A stretch of 44,379 nucleotides of DNA from Candidatus Firestoneibacteriota bacterium. Lineage in GTDB: Bacteria; Oederibacteriota; D2-FULL-39-29; CAIOVX01. The notes under the pieces are model-generated. The model was not told the origin of the DNA. It made no database searches and saw nothing but the letters and a program-made list of their open reading frames with translations. The position numbers and the translations under genes are program-made. How positions within the stretch are numbered: the stretch's first letter is position 1; each line of letters begins with the position of its first letter. The stretch is from the NCBI GenBank assembly GCA_903915125.1, contig CAIWRR010000105.1, forward strand, positions 1 through 44,379, written 5' to 3'. Of this stretch, positions 1 through 8,819 are shown one piece after another.

Positions 1-1602
1 GTCAAGCTCCTTCACTTCATACTGTATGCCGGAGTGAAGGTAGATGGCAGACGGAAAACATTCGGACAGGACTCTTGGGTAATCAATCTCGCCTATAATG
101 TTATTGCCGGCGGTGTCAATTATGATAAACGAATCGCCTATAGATCTGATACCGACAAATCGTTCAGGATGCCTCTGGTAACTGAAATATAGGCCCTCCA
201 CGCCTTTCTGGAGCTTGTTTCTGGCTGCCAGGGCGTCAAGTGAAGCCCGGAAGCCTTCGCCGTAGTATTTAGCGTCATTCTCCGCGGATAACGGCAGTTC
301 AAACGCGGCGCACGCCAGGTGAGCGTCAGCAATAACGCTGTTGTTTATATCAACAATGGCGGCTTCCGTGTCTTTCGCAAAGAAATTTTCCGGATGCATG
401 GCGAAAAACTGGTCAATGGCGTCTTGAAGCGTGATCATAATAACAAGAGCGCTGTCTACCCTTCCCACTCTTCCGCTTCTCTGCCAGGTGCTCATCATGC
501 TTCCCGGATACCCAACCATTATGCACGCGTCAAGGCCTCCGATATCTATGCCTACTTCAAGCGCGGACGTGGAAATTACGCCGAGCAGATCTTCGGAAAA
601 GAGCTTCTTCTCAATTTGCCGCCTCTCTTCCGGCAGGTATCCCGCCCTGTAAGCGGCAATTTTTTGGCTGTATTTGGCTCCCAATTGCGAAATCCACTGG
701 TAAATAAGCTCCGTGACTTTTCTTGCTTTTGTAAAAACAATTGTCTTAAGGCCGCTGTTAAGGCATTCGCGCATAAGATGCGCCGCTTCGGTATAGGGAG
801 ATTCGAGCGGATTCCAAAGGCAAAAGTACTTCCCGGACTGTGGCGCCCCGTTTTCCGAAACGATGGCAAAGTCCTGACCTGTCAGAGTACTGACAAATTT
901 CTCAGGGTTGGCTATTGTTGCACTTGAAGTGATGAATTGCGGGCTGCTGCCGTAATGGGCGCAGACGCGCCGTAATCTCCGTATTATGTGGGCCACATGC
1001 GAACCGAAAACGCCTCTGTAGGAATGGACTTCGTCAATGACGACATATTTCAGATTCTTAAAAAGAGGGGCCCAGGTTGAATGGTATGGCAGAATTCCGA
1101 GATGAAGCATGTCCGGGTTTGTGACTATGATATTCGGGCAGTTTTGCCTGATTTTTTGCCTGCGGTAAGACGAGGTGTCACCGTCATAGATCGCCGCAAG
1201 GTTTCGGTTCTCAGGGAACAACGCGTCTTTGAATTCGCAAATTGTCTTGAACTGGTCTTGCGCCAGCGCCTTCAGCGGGTAAATGTAAAGCGCTTTTGTT
1301 TCAGGATTCGAAAGGCAGCTTTCAATAACAGGGATATTATAAATCATTGTCTTTCCGCTCGCGGTCGGCGTGACTACGGCGACGTTTTTATCCTGTTCTA
1401 TCAATGACAGGGCTTCAGCCTGGTGCGAGAAAAGCTCGCAGATTCCGCGTGTTTCCAGGTATTTCCTCATTTCTTTCGATATATGTTCCGGCAACGGAGA
1501 GAACTTTCCCTCTTTTGACGGTATACGGTGAACGTGTATCAGGGCATCCTTGTGGGCAGGGTCGCGGCTTAGGTGATTTATTAGTTCCTTTATCTTGTCC
1601 AT
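1..1602 (-). CDS. DEAD/DEAH-box superfamily-2 helicase (YprA/MrfA-like); N-terminal 534 codons only, C-terminus lies beyond the window edge
   Basis: The frame runs off the window, so it is absent from the ORF track. My translation from ATG 1602 reads MDKIKELINHLSRDPAHKD... It carries motif I TPTASGKT, motif II DEVH, motif III SSAT and motif VI QRSGRVGR. The + strand ORFs 319-927 and 1081-1407 are its antisense shadows. Confidence 0.85.
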   Translation of the reverse strand, partial: MDKIKELINHLSRDPAHKDALIHVHRIPSKEGKFSPLPEHISKEMRKYLETRGICELFSHQAEALSLIEQDKNVAVVTPTASGKTMIYNIPVIESCLSNPETKALYIYPLKALAQDQFKTICEFKDALFPENRNLAAIYDGDTSSYRRQKIRQNCPNIIVTNPDMLHLGILPYHSTWAPLFKNLKYVVIDEVHSYRGVFGSHVAHIIRRLRRVCAHYGSSPQFITSSATIANPEKFVSTLTGQDFAIVSENGAPQSGKYFCLWNPLESPYTEAAHLMRECLNSGLKTIVFTKARKVTELIYQWISQLGAKYSQKIAAYRAGYLPEERRQIEKKLFSEDLLGVISTSALEVGIDIGGLDACIMVGYPGSMMSTWQRSGRVGRVDSALVIMITLQDAIDQFFAMHPENFFAKDTEAAIVDINNSVIADAHLACAAFELPLSAENDAKYYGEGFRASLDALAARNKLQKGVEGLYFSYQRHPERFVGIRSIGDSFIIIDTAGNNIIGEIDYPRVLSECFPSAIYLHSGIQYEVKELD

Positions 1603-1610
1603 GAGCCGAG

Positions 1611-1619
1611 ATTATAACA
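1611..1619 (-). promoter_or_regulatory. Extended -10 element TGTTATAAT, 8 nt upstream of the helicase ATG (possible leaderless mRNA)
   Basis: The minus-strand read is ...ctatt TGTTATAAT ctcggctc ATG. No Shine-Dalgarno sequence lies in the 8-nt gap. Confidence 0.35.
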
Positions 1620-1658
1620 AATAGAGCGGAAAATAGAAAGATAAAGGGCAGGCCGCCG

Positions 1659-2603
1659 TTAAAGCAGGCTGAATATAACAGGAACAGTAATTGCGGAAAG
1701 CACGGTGGTTACCAGAGCTCCCGCTGCCGCCAGGTCAGCATTTTTTTCATACTGTTTTGAGAAAATAATTGCGGCAAACGCCGAGGGCATTGAAGACTGA
1801 AGCACTATTATGGCGCGAATAACGGGATTTATGTGGAAGGGTATGGTAATGAGCAGGACAACTAGCGGAGTTATTATCAATTTGAGCAGCACAAGAGCCG
1901 CCATTTTCTTTTCCGTGATTATTCTAAAAGCGTCCTTCAGTTTTATCCCGGCTGCAACTCCGCCGGTAACAATCATTGCAAGCGGCACTGTGATATCTCC
2001 AAGAAATGCCACCGGCTTGATGATGCCGGCGGGGACCTGTATCCTAAGGAAAACAAACGCGAACCCGAGAAGAGTAGCGGCAAGCGCCGGGGTGCTTAGC
2101 AACTTCCATGAAAAAAACGGGCGTTTTTCATTGAAGAGTCTAATGCATACGGTGTAATTAAGAATATCGCCGGCAACGCCGAATAGAATAACATAAATCA
2201 TTTTGTCAGGGCCGCAAAGCATTGCTACAAGCGGCAGCGGCATGTAGGTGTAGTTTTGGAAAGTATTCAGATAAAGATAAACATTCCGGTCGTTTCCAGT
2301 AATCGAGAGCATTTTTGCCGATGCCAGCGCAAGCAAGTAGTTAACGACAAGGATGTTTATTACGGCAAAAAGCGGCAGGTACAGGGAAGCAAAGAACATC
2401 TCCGGCTTATAACTGGTTAGCATCTTTGCAAGTATCAGGGACGGGATAGAGATGTTAAAGACAATCTTTGACAGTTCCCCTACCCCGCCCTGAGTGATTA
2501 AACCTTTCTTCGCGGCAATATAGCCCGCAAGCACCATAACCAGTATTCCAAGAACAGAAAGGAATATATTGCCGGCAGCTTCGCCGCTAAATATCGGAGT
2601 CAC
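1659..2603 (-). CDS. AEC (auxin efflux carrier) family transporter/permease
   Basis: The protein is polytopic, about 10 TM, with an AEC-like N-terminus (NIFLSVLGILVMVLAGYIAAKKGLI). The TTG at 2666 used by the ORF track overlaps the upstream gene by 80 nt. The GTG at 2603 gives a typical 314-aa product. The start remains uncertain. Confidence 0.75.
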   Translation of the reverse strand: MTPIFSGEAAGNIFLSVLGILVMVLAGYIAAKKGLITQGGVGELSKIVFNISIPSLILAKMLTSYKPEMFFASLYLPLFAVINILVVNYLLALASAKMLSITGNDRNVYLYLNTFQNYTYMPLPLVAMLCGPDKMIYVILFGVAGDILNYTVCIRLFNEKRPFFSWKLLSTPALAATLLGFAFVFLRIQVPAGIIKPVAFLGDITVPLAMIVTGGVAAGIKLKDAFRIITEKKMAALVLLKLIITPLVVLLITIPFHINPVIRAIIVLQSSMPSAFAAIIFSKQYEKNADLAAAGALVTTVLSAITVPVIFSLL

Positions 2604-4023
2604 CTTTTCCCATAGCTTCTTCTTTCGCCTCAATAATCGCTTCTTCGAGTACTTTAACGCCCTCAAGCAATGCGTCCTCGGGAGTAATGAGCGGAGGAGC
2701 TATTTTTACGGACGCGCTGCCGAAGCCTACGGGCGAGAACATCATGAGCCCCTTTTGCAGGCTCTTCTTTACAATCTCGTGCGCCAAATCGGCGTCCGGA
2801 TCCTTCCCGCCCGGCTTAACGATGTGAAGTGCGTAAACCAGGCCGGCGCCGTGCAAGGCTCCTATGATATCGGAATGCCGGTTTTTAAGTTTCAAAAGTT
2901 CGGCATGCAGCAACTTTCCTGATTTTGCGCATTTAGCGACTAACTTGTGTTTTATGATAAAGTCTATGTTAGCAAGAGCCGCCGCACAGCTTATAGGGTT
3001 GCCAGTGTGTGTGCTGGTCATAGTGTTTGGTTCATAGAGGTCCATAACATCAGGCCTTCCTATAACCGCGGAGAGCGGCAGCGAGGAGGTTATTCCTTTT
3101 CCGAAGACGGCAATATCCGGCACTATACCGTAATATTCAAAACCGAATAATGTCCCGCATCTCGCGAAGCCGGCCTGAACCTCGTCCAAAACAAGGAGAA
3201 TATTATTCTGCGTGCAGAACTTGCGCAGCTGTTTCATAAAACCTTTGGGTGCGAAAGTAGAGCCGCCGCCCTGATAGGTTTCGACTACTAAGCCGGCAAT
3301 CCTGGACTTGGCATCCAGTTTAAGATTCGTTTTCAGGTAGGACGTGAAATTCTTGAAACAGAAATCATCGCAGCCTTCGTAATCCTTCTTGCCCCATGGG
3401 CAGCGAAAACAGTTTGGGAAAGGTGCCTGACAGATATCTTTATCCTTGTTGACAATCCACTCTTTAAGCGCCGGGCTGCCGCCAAGAAGTTGGGAAGCAA
3501 GCGTTCTGCCGTGGAAAGCGCCCGTAAAAGAGACCATTGCTATCTTTTTCGGACCGTACTTCTTTTGCCCCCAGGTGCGGCAAAGTTTAAACGCAACTTC
3601 GTTTGTTTCTGAGCCGGTGGTGAGCAGGAAGACTTTCTTCAGCGGTTTGGGCGCTATCTTTGCAAGTTTTTCCGTAAGCTTTTCCCTCATTTCCGAAGGA
3701 AAGCAGTAATTGTGAAGCAACCCGTGTTTTGCCTGTTTAATTATAGCGTTAACTATCTCAGAGTTTGAGTGGCCGGCATTAGCTACCAGCACGCCTGAAC
3801 TCCAGTCAAGCCATTTATTTCCAAACTTGTCATACACATTAAAACCTTTAGCATGGTCCCAAAGTGCCAGCGGTTGTCCGGACATTGACCTGGGTTCATA
3901 TTTCCTCAGGTTCTTCAGTATCTTTACCGAGGCCTGCACCGGGAAGGTAGTTGTCTTCATCTCCCTGTATTTCGTTTTAACTTTCTTTATCTTCTCAACC
4001 TTCAACTCAAATTCCTTTGCCAT
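2587..4023 (-). CDS. Class-III pyridoxal-phosphate-dependent aminotransferase
   Basis: 478 aa. Family-typical segments are GSETNEVAFKL, LLVLDEVQAGFARCG and the PLP-lysine context VFGKGITSSLP. A strong SD (AGGAGGAAGG) precedes the ATG. Confidence 0.85.
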   Translation of the reverse strand: MAKEFELKVEKIKKVKTKYREMKTTTFPVQASVKILKNLRKYEPRSMSGQPLALWDHAKGFNVYDKFGNKWLDWSSGVLVANAGHSNSEIVNAIIKQAKHGLLHNYCFPSEMREKLTEKLAKIAPKPLKKVFLLTTGSETNEVAFKLCRTWGQKKYGPKKIAMVSFTGAFHGRTLASQLLGGSPALKEWIVNKDKDICQAPFPNCFRCPWGKKDYEGCDDFCFKNFTSYLKTNLKLDAKSRIAGLVVETYQGGGSTFAPKGFMKQLRKFCTQNNILLVLDEVQAGFARCGTLFGFEYYGIVPDIAVFGKGITSSLPLSAVIGRPDVMDLYEPNTMTSTHTGNPISCAAALANIDFIIKHKLVAKCAKSGKLLHAELLKLKNRHSDIIGALHGAGLVYALHIVKPGGKDPDADLAHEIVKKSLQKGLMMFSPVGFGSASVKIAPPLITPEDALLEGVKVLEEAIIEAKEEAMGKGDSDI

Positions 4024-4038
4024 ATCCTTCCTCCTGTT

Positions 4039-4073
4039 GTATTAGCTATCAGTTATCAGCTATTAGTTATCGC
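4039..4073. repeat. Heptad array, 5 x 7 nt (GTATTAG CTATCAG TTATCAG CTATTAG TTATCGC)
   Basis: Direct reading of the sequence. The array fills the gap between the dehydrogenase stop (4078) and the aminotransferase SD. Confidence 0.8.
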
Positions 4074-4077
4074 TTTT

Positions 4078-5280
4078 CTAAATCCAGCCCCTGCTTTCCA
4101 TTGCCGACACGACTTCTTCCGTTGCCAGTGTCAGAGCCGCGTCCTTGTGCGTCATTTTCCGGTCTTTCACCAGAGACAGTATTTTATCGAAGCTTCTGCC
4201 TATCGTGGAATCTATGAATTCAAAAACTTCGTCGGCGGAGGTCAACACTCCTGACTTCGCGCTGCGCCATTCTATATAAGAGGCTATCACACCGCCGCTG
4301 TTCGCCAGAATGTCTGGTATGACGATAACGCCTTTTTCATGCAGTATCTTGTCCGCGTCTTTTGTCGTAGGGCCGTTGGCGGCTTCAACCACCATTTTCG
4401 CCCTGACTTTTGACGCGTTCCCGTCAGAAAGCACATCTTCTCTCGCGGCAGGCAGAAGCACGTCGCAATTAAGCGAGAGCAGTTCTTCGTTGGTAATTTT
4501 ATCGCCCGCGAAGCCGTCAAAACAGCCTGTCTTTTGCACATGTTCCGAAAGAGCCTGAATGTCTATTCCGTTTTTGTTGAAAATACCGCCTGAAAGATCC
4601 GAAACCGCGGTTACTTTTGCGCCCATCTTCTGCAGGAAGAAGCAGGTCCAGCTGCCTACATTTCCAAATCCCTGAACGGCGCATTCTAAACCCTTTATAT
4701 CGGCCTTCATGCACTTTCCCGCGGCCGCGGCTGTAGAATATGCCACACCCCTGCCCGTTGCTTCTTTTCTTCCGGGGAGGCCTCCCACGCCGAGCGGCTT
4801 TCCGGTCACGCATTCGGGGATGTGCAGTTCCCCGTAGATAACAGCCATCTCTTTAGGGGTGGTACCCATATCCGGGGCCGGTATATAGACTCCGGACACG
4901 AGGTCAGCCCTCATTGTGTGTACAAACTCCTGGATAAGGTGGCGTTTCATGTAGGTGTCAAGCTTGTGGCTGTCAAAACGGATGCCGGACTTGCCGCCTC
5001 CGAAAGGAATACCGGTAAGCGCCGTCTTGAAAGTCATTCTCTCCGCAAGGTCCGTGGTCTCCTCAAGAGAAACATTTGCGTCTATCCTTATGCCGCCCTT
5101 TGCGGGCCCTCTTGCCGTATTATGGTAAACAACAAAGGCGTCGGCAACTATGAGCGTCTTGCTGTCAAGCCAGATATTTATGTCAAGTATCGTCTTCTTT
5201 TCGGAGCGCGTCAGTATCTGGCGCGCGTTCTCATTGCCGGCGAGGACGTTCTTCACGGCATCAAGGTCAAATACGCTCAT
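4078..5280 (-). CDS. Glu/Leu/Phe/Val dehydrogenase family (glutamate dehydrogenase-like)
   Basis: 400 aa. It has KGGIRID...GIPFGGGKSGI (catalytic Lys box) and the Rossmann motif QGFGNVG. Confidence 0.9.
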   Translation of the reverse strand: MSVFDLDAVKNVLAGNENARQILTRSEKKTILDINIWLDSKTLIVADAFVVYHNTARGPAKGGIRIDANVSLEETTDLAERMTFKTALTGIPFGGGKSGIRFDSHKLDTYMKRHLIQEFVHTMRADLVSGVYIPAPDMGTTPKEMAVIYGELHIPECVTGKPLGVGGLPGRKEATGRGVAYSTAAAAGKCMKADIKGLECAVQGFGNVGSWTCFFLQKMGAKVTAVSDLSGGIFNKNGIDIQALSEHVQKTGCFDGFAGDKITNEELLSLNCDVLLPAAREDVLSDGNASKVRAKMVVEAANGPTTKDADKILHEKGVIVIPDILANSGGVIASYIEWRSAKSGVLTSADEVFEFIDSTIGRSFDKILSLVKDRKMTHKDAALTLATEEVVSAMESRGWI

Positions 5281-5382
5281 GTGTCCTCCCTCTGTTTGTT
5301 CAGGTATTCGCCGCGGAATCTAGTGTTGCTTTCCGCCCCGGGCGCGGCAAACGCGGCATAAACCGGAAAAACAGTTGTCAGG

Positions 5383-5703
5383 TTATTTCCCGGTTTTGCG
5401 TTTCTTTTTCAGTTCTTCCGGCCAGGTAGCCGCGTAAATATATTCAAAATCATCCGTGAGCGCCGTGAACTGGTGCAGAACGCCGGCAGGCACATAGATG
5501 ATACTGCCGGATTTCACCTTTATATTTTCTTTGCCCAGCAGCAGCTTGGCGCTCCCTTTCAGTATAATGTACGCTTCTTCTTCATCGGGATGCAGCCCAA
5601 GTTTATTTGATTTGCCCTTTCCGAGTTTTACCATGCCAAGTTCTAGGTTTATCGATGTTTCTCTGCTTAGCAGCACGCCGTTATGGAATTTTTTCAGGTA
5701 CAT
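5383..5703 (-). CDS. Cupin domain protein
   Basis: 106 aa. A cupin motif-2-like segment is present: GSIIYVPAGVLHQF. Confidence 0.65.
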   Translation of the reverse strand: MYLKKFHNGVLLSRETSINLELGMVKLGKGKSNKLGLHPDEEEAYIILKGSAKLLLGKENIKVKSGSIIYVPAGVLHQFTALTDDFEYIYAATWPEELKKKRKTGK

Positions 5704-5792
5704 GTAGCCTCCTGTATCAGTATGTGCTTCTAATCAGGAATTAGCAAGTGCGTGTGTTTGGCGTATTATACGCAAAATTGTCGCTTATTACG

Positions 5793-6932
5793 TTATTCCT
5801 TGTCTGCGCCGGGTTTAAATATGGCTGCGGTTGTCCGCCAGACGCCCAGGCCCGCTGCCGTGGGTATTCCAACATAAACCCGGCCGTCAGGGCCGGCAGC
5901 CATATTATGGCTGGTTATTGAGAACAACCCCTGACTGTAGGGGTCGTACGCCAGCCGTTCTTTCGGGAATCCCGCGCTGTTTTCCGTCCAACTTAACCCG
6001 CCGTCCGCCGAAGTGAACATTCTATGCCCGTGAACAAGCAGGGTGCCGTCGGGAAACAGAAGCATATCCGTAGGATCCGTGCTCTTGCAATCCTTTGGTT
6101 GATAAGCAAAAGTATCGTAATGAGGATAATCCGATTTTTTCCACCGGGTTGATTCTAAACCGCCCTCGTGAACCCAAATTGAACCCTGCCCGCAGGTAAT
6201 GACCGGCTGACCAGCCGCGTTGAAGTGAATGGAGTTCACGTTGCCCAGGGGGTCCAGAACCGGGTATTTGTCGTTGCCGTTGTGTGGCCCGGCCCAATGC
6301 CAGGTCAGGCCTGCGTCAGTGGAAAGGTGGCATCCGTCGTGTTCCGAACCGGCGTAGATAACTCCTTCCGGGGAAGTTGCAAGGCAGTAGAAACCGCAGC
6401 CTTTTTTGTGAATGCTGCACATTATATTTGAAAGCCAGGTGAACGCCTTTCCGTCATCAGTCGACCTGCGAATTTGCCCGGCTCCATTTTTGTCGGAGCA
6501 CTGCACAAGTTCAAGAATGTTTCCTTTGCCGTCAAAAGTGTGGTCGTTAAGATAATAAGCCCTATCTCCGCCGGTTGAATGAGTCCAGGCGCCGCCGTTC
6601 AAGCGCCATTCCTCCGCCTTCCCGCGGAATACCACTGTCGCAAGGAGGGAATGTTTATTTGTGGCAAACATATTAACTGAAGGATGCCCCTGCGGCAGGC
6701 CATCCCCGGCTTTTGACCAGCTCGCGCCAAAATCAGGCGTTACATAAACATGAAAATCTTTGGTTGATACATACAGCTTGTTGCCTACAAAGGCTATACT
6801 TAAAATAAAAGCAGCGGGAGAGTTCGGGACTTTCTCCCAGGACAGCGTAATCGATTCCGCCATTTCCCCGGACAAAAGCAACAGGAGAACAGCCGTTTTT
6901 AGGAATGTCGCTAATCTGGAAAATCCCGGCAT
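5793..6932 (-). CDS. Secreted BNR/Asp-box repeat beta-propeller protein (sialidase-like fold)
   Basis: Four S/T-x-D-x-G-x-[ST/F]-W Asp-boxes are present: TPDFGASWS, STDDGKAFTW, STDAGLTWHW and SADGGLSWTE. There is an N-terminal signal peptide. I moved the start to ATG 6932 (SD AGAGGG), because the TTG at 6971 abuts the fhs terminator. Confidence 0.7.
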   Translation of the reverse strand: MPGFSRLATFLKTAVLLLLLSGEMAESITLSWEKVPNSPAAFILSIAFVGNKLYVSTKDFHVYVTPDFGASWSKAGDGLPQGHPSVNMFATNKHSLLATVVFRGKAEEWRLNGGAWTHSTGGDRAYYLNDHTFDGKGNILELVQCSDKNGAGQIRRSTDDGKAFTWLSNIMCSIHKKGCGFYCLATSPEGVIYAGSEHDGCHLSTDAGLTWHWAGPHNGNDKYPVLDPLGNVNSIHFNAAGQPVITCGQGSIWVHEGGLESTRWKKSDYPHYDTFAYQPKDCKSTDPTDMLLFPDGTLLVHGHRMFTSADGGLSWTENSAGFPKERLAYDPYSQGLFSITSHNMAAGPDGRVYVGIPTAAGLGVWRTTAAIFKPGADKE

Positions 6933-6975
6933 TTGAAGCCCTCTTGGTTCAGGCAAACTCTTCCGGCTCAAATTG

Positions 6976-7000
6976 AAAAAACCGCCCGGTTCGTGGGCGG
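6976..7000 (-). terminator. Rho-independent terminator downstream of fhs
   Basis: The minus-strand read is CCGCCC-acgaacc-GGGCGG followed by TTTTTT. Confidence 0.7.
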
Positions 7001-7022
7001 CTTTCTCACCGGTTGCTGTTTC

Positions 7023-8741
7023 TTAGAACAAGCCTATAATCTTTCCGTTTTTATCGATGTCTATCTTTACTCCTGCCGGCACCGAAGGAAGCCCCGGCAT
7101 AGTGCGCATGTCTCCGCAAAGAGGGTATAGGAACCCTGCCCCGATGGACGCCCTTATATCGCGGACGGGAAGTATGAAGTCTCTCGGCCGTCCCTTAAGC
7201 GACGGGTCGTGAGAAAGCGAAAGGTGCGTCTTTGCCATGCAGATAGGAAGTTTGTCCCAGCCCAGCTGCGTGTAAAGCCTGATCTTTTCTTCCGCCGCCG
7301 ACGTGAAAGATACATCTCTGGCGCCATAAATTTTCGTCGCTATGGTTCGTATTTTTTCCTTGATAGGAGCTTCAAGCGGATAAAGAAATTTGAAATTGCT
7401 CTTCTTCTCGCATGCCGCGACCACCGCTGCCGCAAGTTCCTTGCCGCCTTGTCCGCCTTTCGCGTGAACTTCCGAAAGACAAGCAGCTTCTGCGCCGAAT
7501 TCCATGGACTTCTGCCTGATGAATTCTATTTCCTTTTCGGTGTCATCGCTGAATTTGTTAATGGCCACAACAACAGGCACGCCGAAAAGTCTCGCATTCT
7601 CTATCTGTTTTTCAAGATTAGAAATGCCCTCGGCAAGCGCCGGCAGGTTCTCTCTGAGGAGTTCGTCGGGAATAGGCCTTCCCGGAACAATATTATATTT
7701 GCCGGAATGCATCTTTAATGCCCTAACGGTGCAGACCATGACCACACAATTAGGAACAAGCTTGGAATAGCGGCATTTTATGTTCATAAACTTTTCCATG
7801 CCCATGTCAGCGGCAAACCCTGATTCGGTAACCACGTAATCGGCAAGTCTGAGCGCCATCTGGTCGGCAATGATTGAATTGTTTCCGTGCGCTATATTGG
7901 CGAAAGGTCCGGCGTGAACGAAAGCCGCCGTGTGTTCCGTGGTCTGGAGGAGTGTGGGCTTGATAGCGTCCTTCATGAGAACAGTCATGGAACCGGCTAC
8001 ACCCAGGTCCTCGGTAGTTACCGGCTTGCCGTCTTTGGTAAAAGCAACTACAATCCTGCCGAGCCGCGCGCGGAGGTCTTTGAGGCTGGTAGTAAGGGCA
8101 AGGATCGCCATAACTTCGGAAGCGACAGAAATGTCAAAGCCGGTTTGCCTGGCAACGCCGTCGTCCTTTCCGCCAAGGCCCACGACTATATTGCGCAAGG
8201 ACCTGTCGGAGATGTCCATAACCCTTCTCCACAGTATATTGTTTAAGTCAATGTTCAGCTTGTTGCCTTTTTGCAGGTGATTGTCCAGGAATGCCGAACA
8301 GAGATTATGAGCCATGGTAACCGCGTGCACATCGCCGGTCAGGTGCAGGTTGAAATCTTCCATCGGAATAACCTGCGAATAACCGCCGCCAGCCGCTCCG
8401 CCTTTTATGCCGAATACCGGGCCCAGCGAGGGCTGCCTGATGCAAGTAATGACTTTTTTGCCGATAGCGCCGAGTCCGAGTGAAAGCCCGATTGTCGTAA
8501 CAGTCTTTCCTTCTCCCAGAGGTGTCGGGGTTATTGCCGTAACATCGATGTATTTGCCTTGCTTCTTTGATTTCAGGCGGTCAAGAAGCTCAAGTTTTAT
8601 TTTTGCTTTGTCATCGCCGTAAAGTTCCAGCTCTTCTCTCTTAATTCCGCATTTTGCCGCGATTTCAATTATAGGCTTGGTCTTTATTGACTGAGCAATG
8701 TCAATATCTGAAGCAATTTTCGGTTTACGTGTCTTTGCCAT
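7023..8741 (-). CDS. fhs: Formate--tetrahydrofolate ligase
   Basis: 572 aa with full-length family resemblance, including TPTPLGEGKTVTTIGL. Confidence 0.95.
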   Translation of the reverse strand: MAKTRKPKIASDIDIAQSIKTKPIIEIAAKCGIKREELELYGDDKAKIKLELLDRLKSKKQGKYIDVTAITPTPLGEGKTVTTIGLSLGLGAIGKKVITCIRQPSLGPVFGIKGGAAGGGYSQVIPMEDFNLHLTGDVHAVTMAHNLCSAFLDNHLQKGNKLNIDLNNILWRRVMDISDRSLRNIVVGLGGKDDGVARQTGFDISVASEVMAILALTTSLKDLRARLGRIVVAFTKDGKPVTTEDLGVAGSMTVLMKDAIKPTLLQTTEHTAAFVHAGPFANIAHGNNSIIADQMALRLADYVVTESGFAADMGMEKFMNIKCRYSKLVPNCVVMVCTVRALKMHSGKYNIVPGRPIPDELLRENLPALAEGISNLEKQIENARLFGVPVVVAINKFSDDTEKEIEFIRQKSMEFGAEAACLSEVHAKGGQGGKELAAAVVAACEKKSNFKFLYPLEAPIKEKIRTIATKIYGARDVSFTSAAEEKIRLYTQLGWDKLPICMAKTHLSLSHDPSLKGRPRDFILPVRDIRASIGAGFLYPLCGDMRTMPGLPSVPAGVKIDIDKNGKIIGLF

Positions 8742-8819
8742 TTATTCTCCTCTTCCGGAGTACCCGGTTATTAAGACATTAAATACAATTGTAATGTTAA
8801 CATAAATAAAGCCCCAATT

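Noticed and set aside
319-1604. + strand ORFs of 202, 108 and 66 aa at the window start
   Set aside because: They lie antisense to a motif-rich SF2 helicase frame (TPTASGKT, DEVH, SSAT, QRSGRVGR) and have no recognisable features of their own. The same applies to the many other antisense or alternate-frame ORFs in the track, such as 12659-13366, 14050-14580, 17953-18426, 19522-19944 and 33332-33787.
4039-4073. Heptad arrays as a CRISPR array or microsatellite
   Set aside because: The units are 7 nt with no spacers, and each array has only 5 units. No cas genes are present. The unit variants are ordered differently in the three arrays, unlike slippage-generated microsatellites.
5281-5382. GC-rich segment (CCGCCCCGGGCGCGG) between the cupin and dehydrogenase genes as a terminator
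   Set aside because: Only 4 bp can pair cleanly and no U-tract follows. The evidence is insufficient.
8742-8819. Possible ZTP/THF-type riboswitch upstream of fhs
   Set aside because: The leader is only 78 nt. It holds a trivial CCGG-gtact-CCGG hairpin and none of the conserved riboswitch cores I know.
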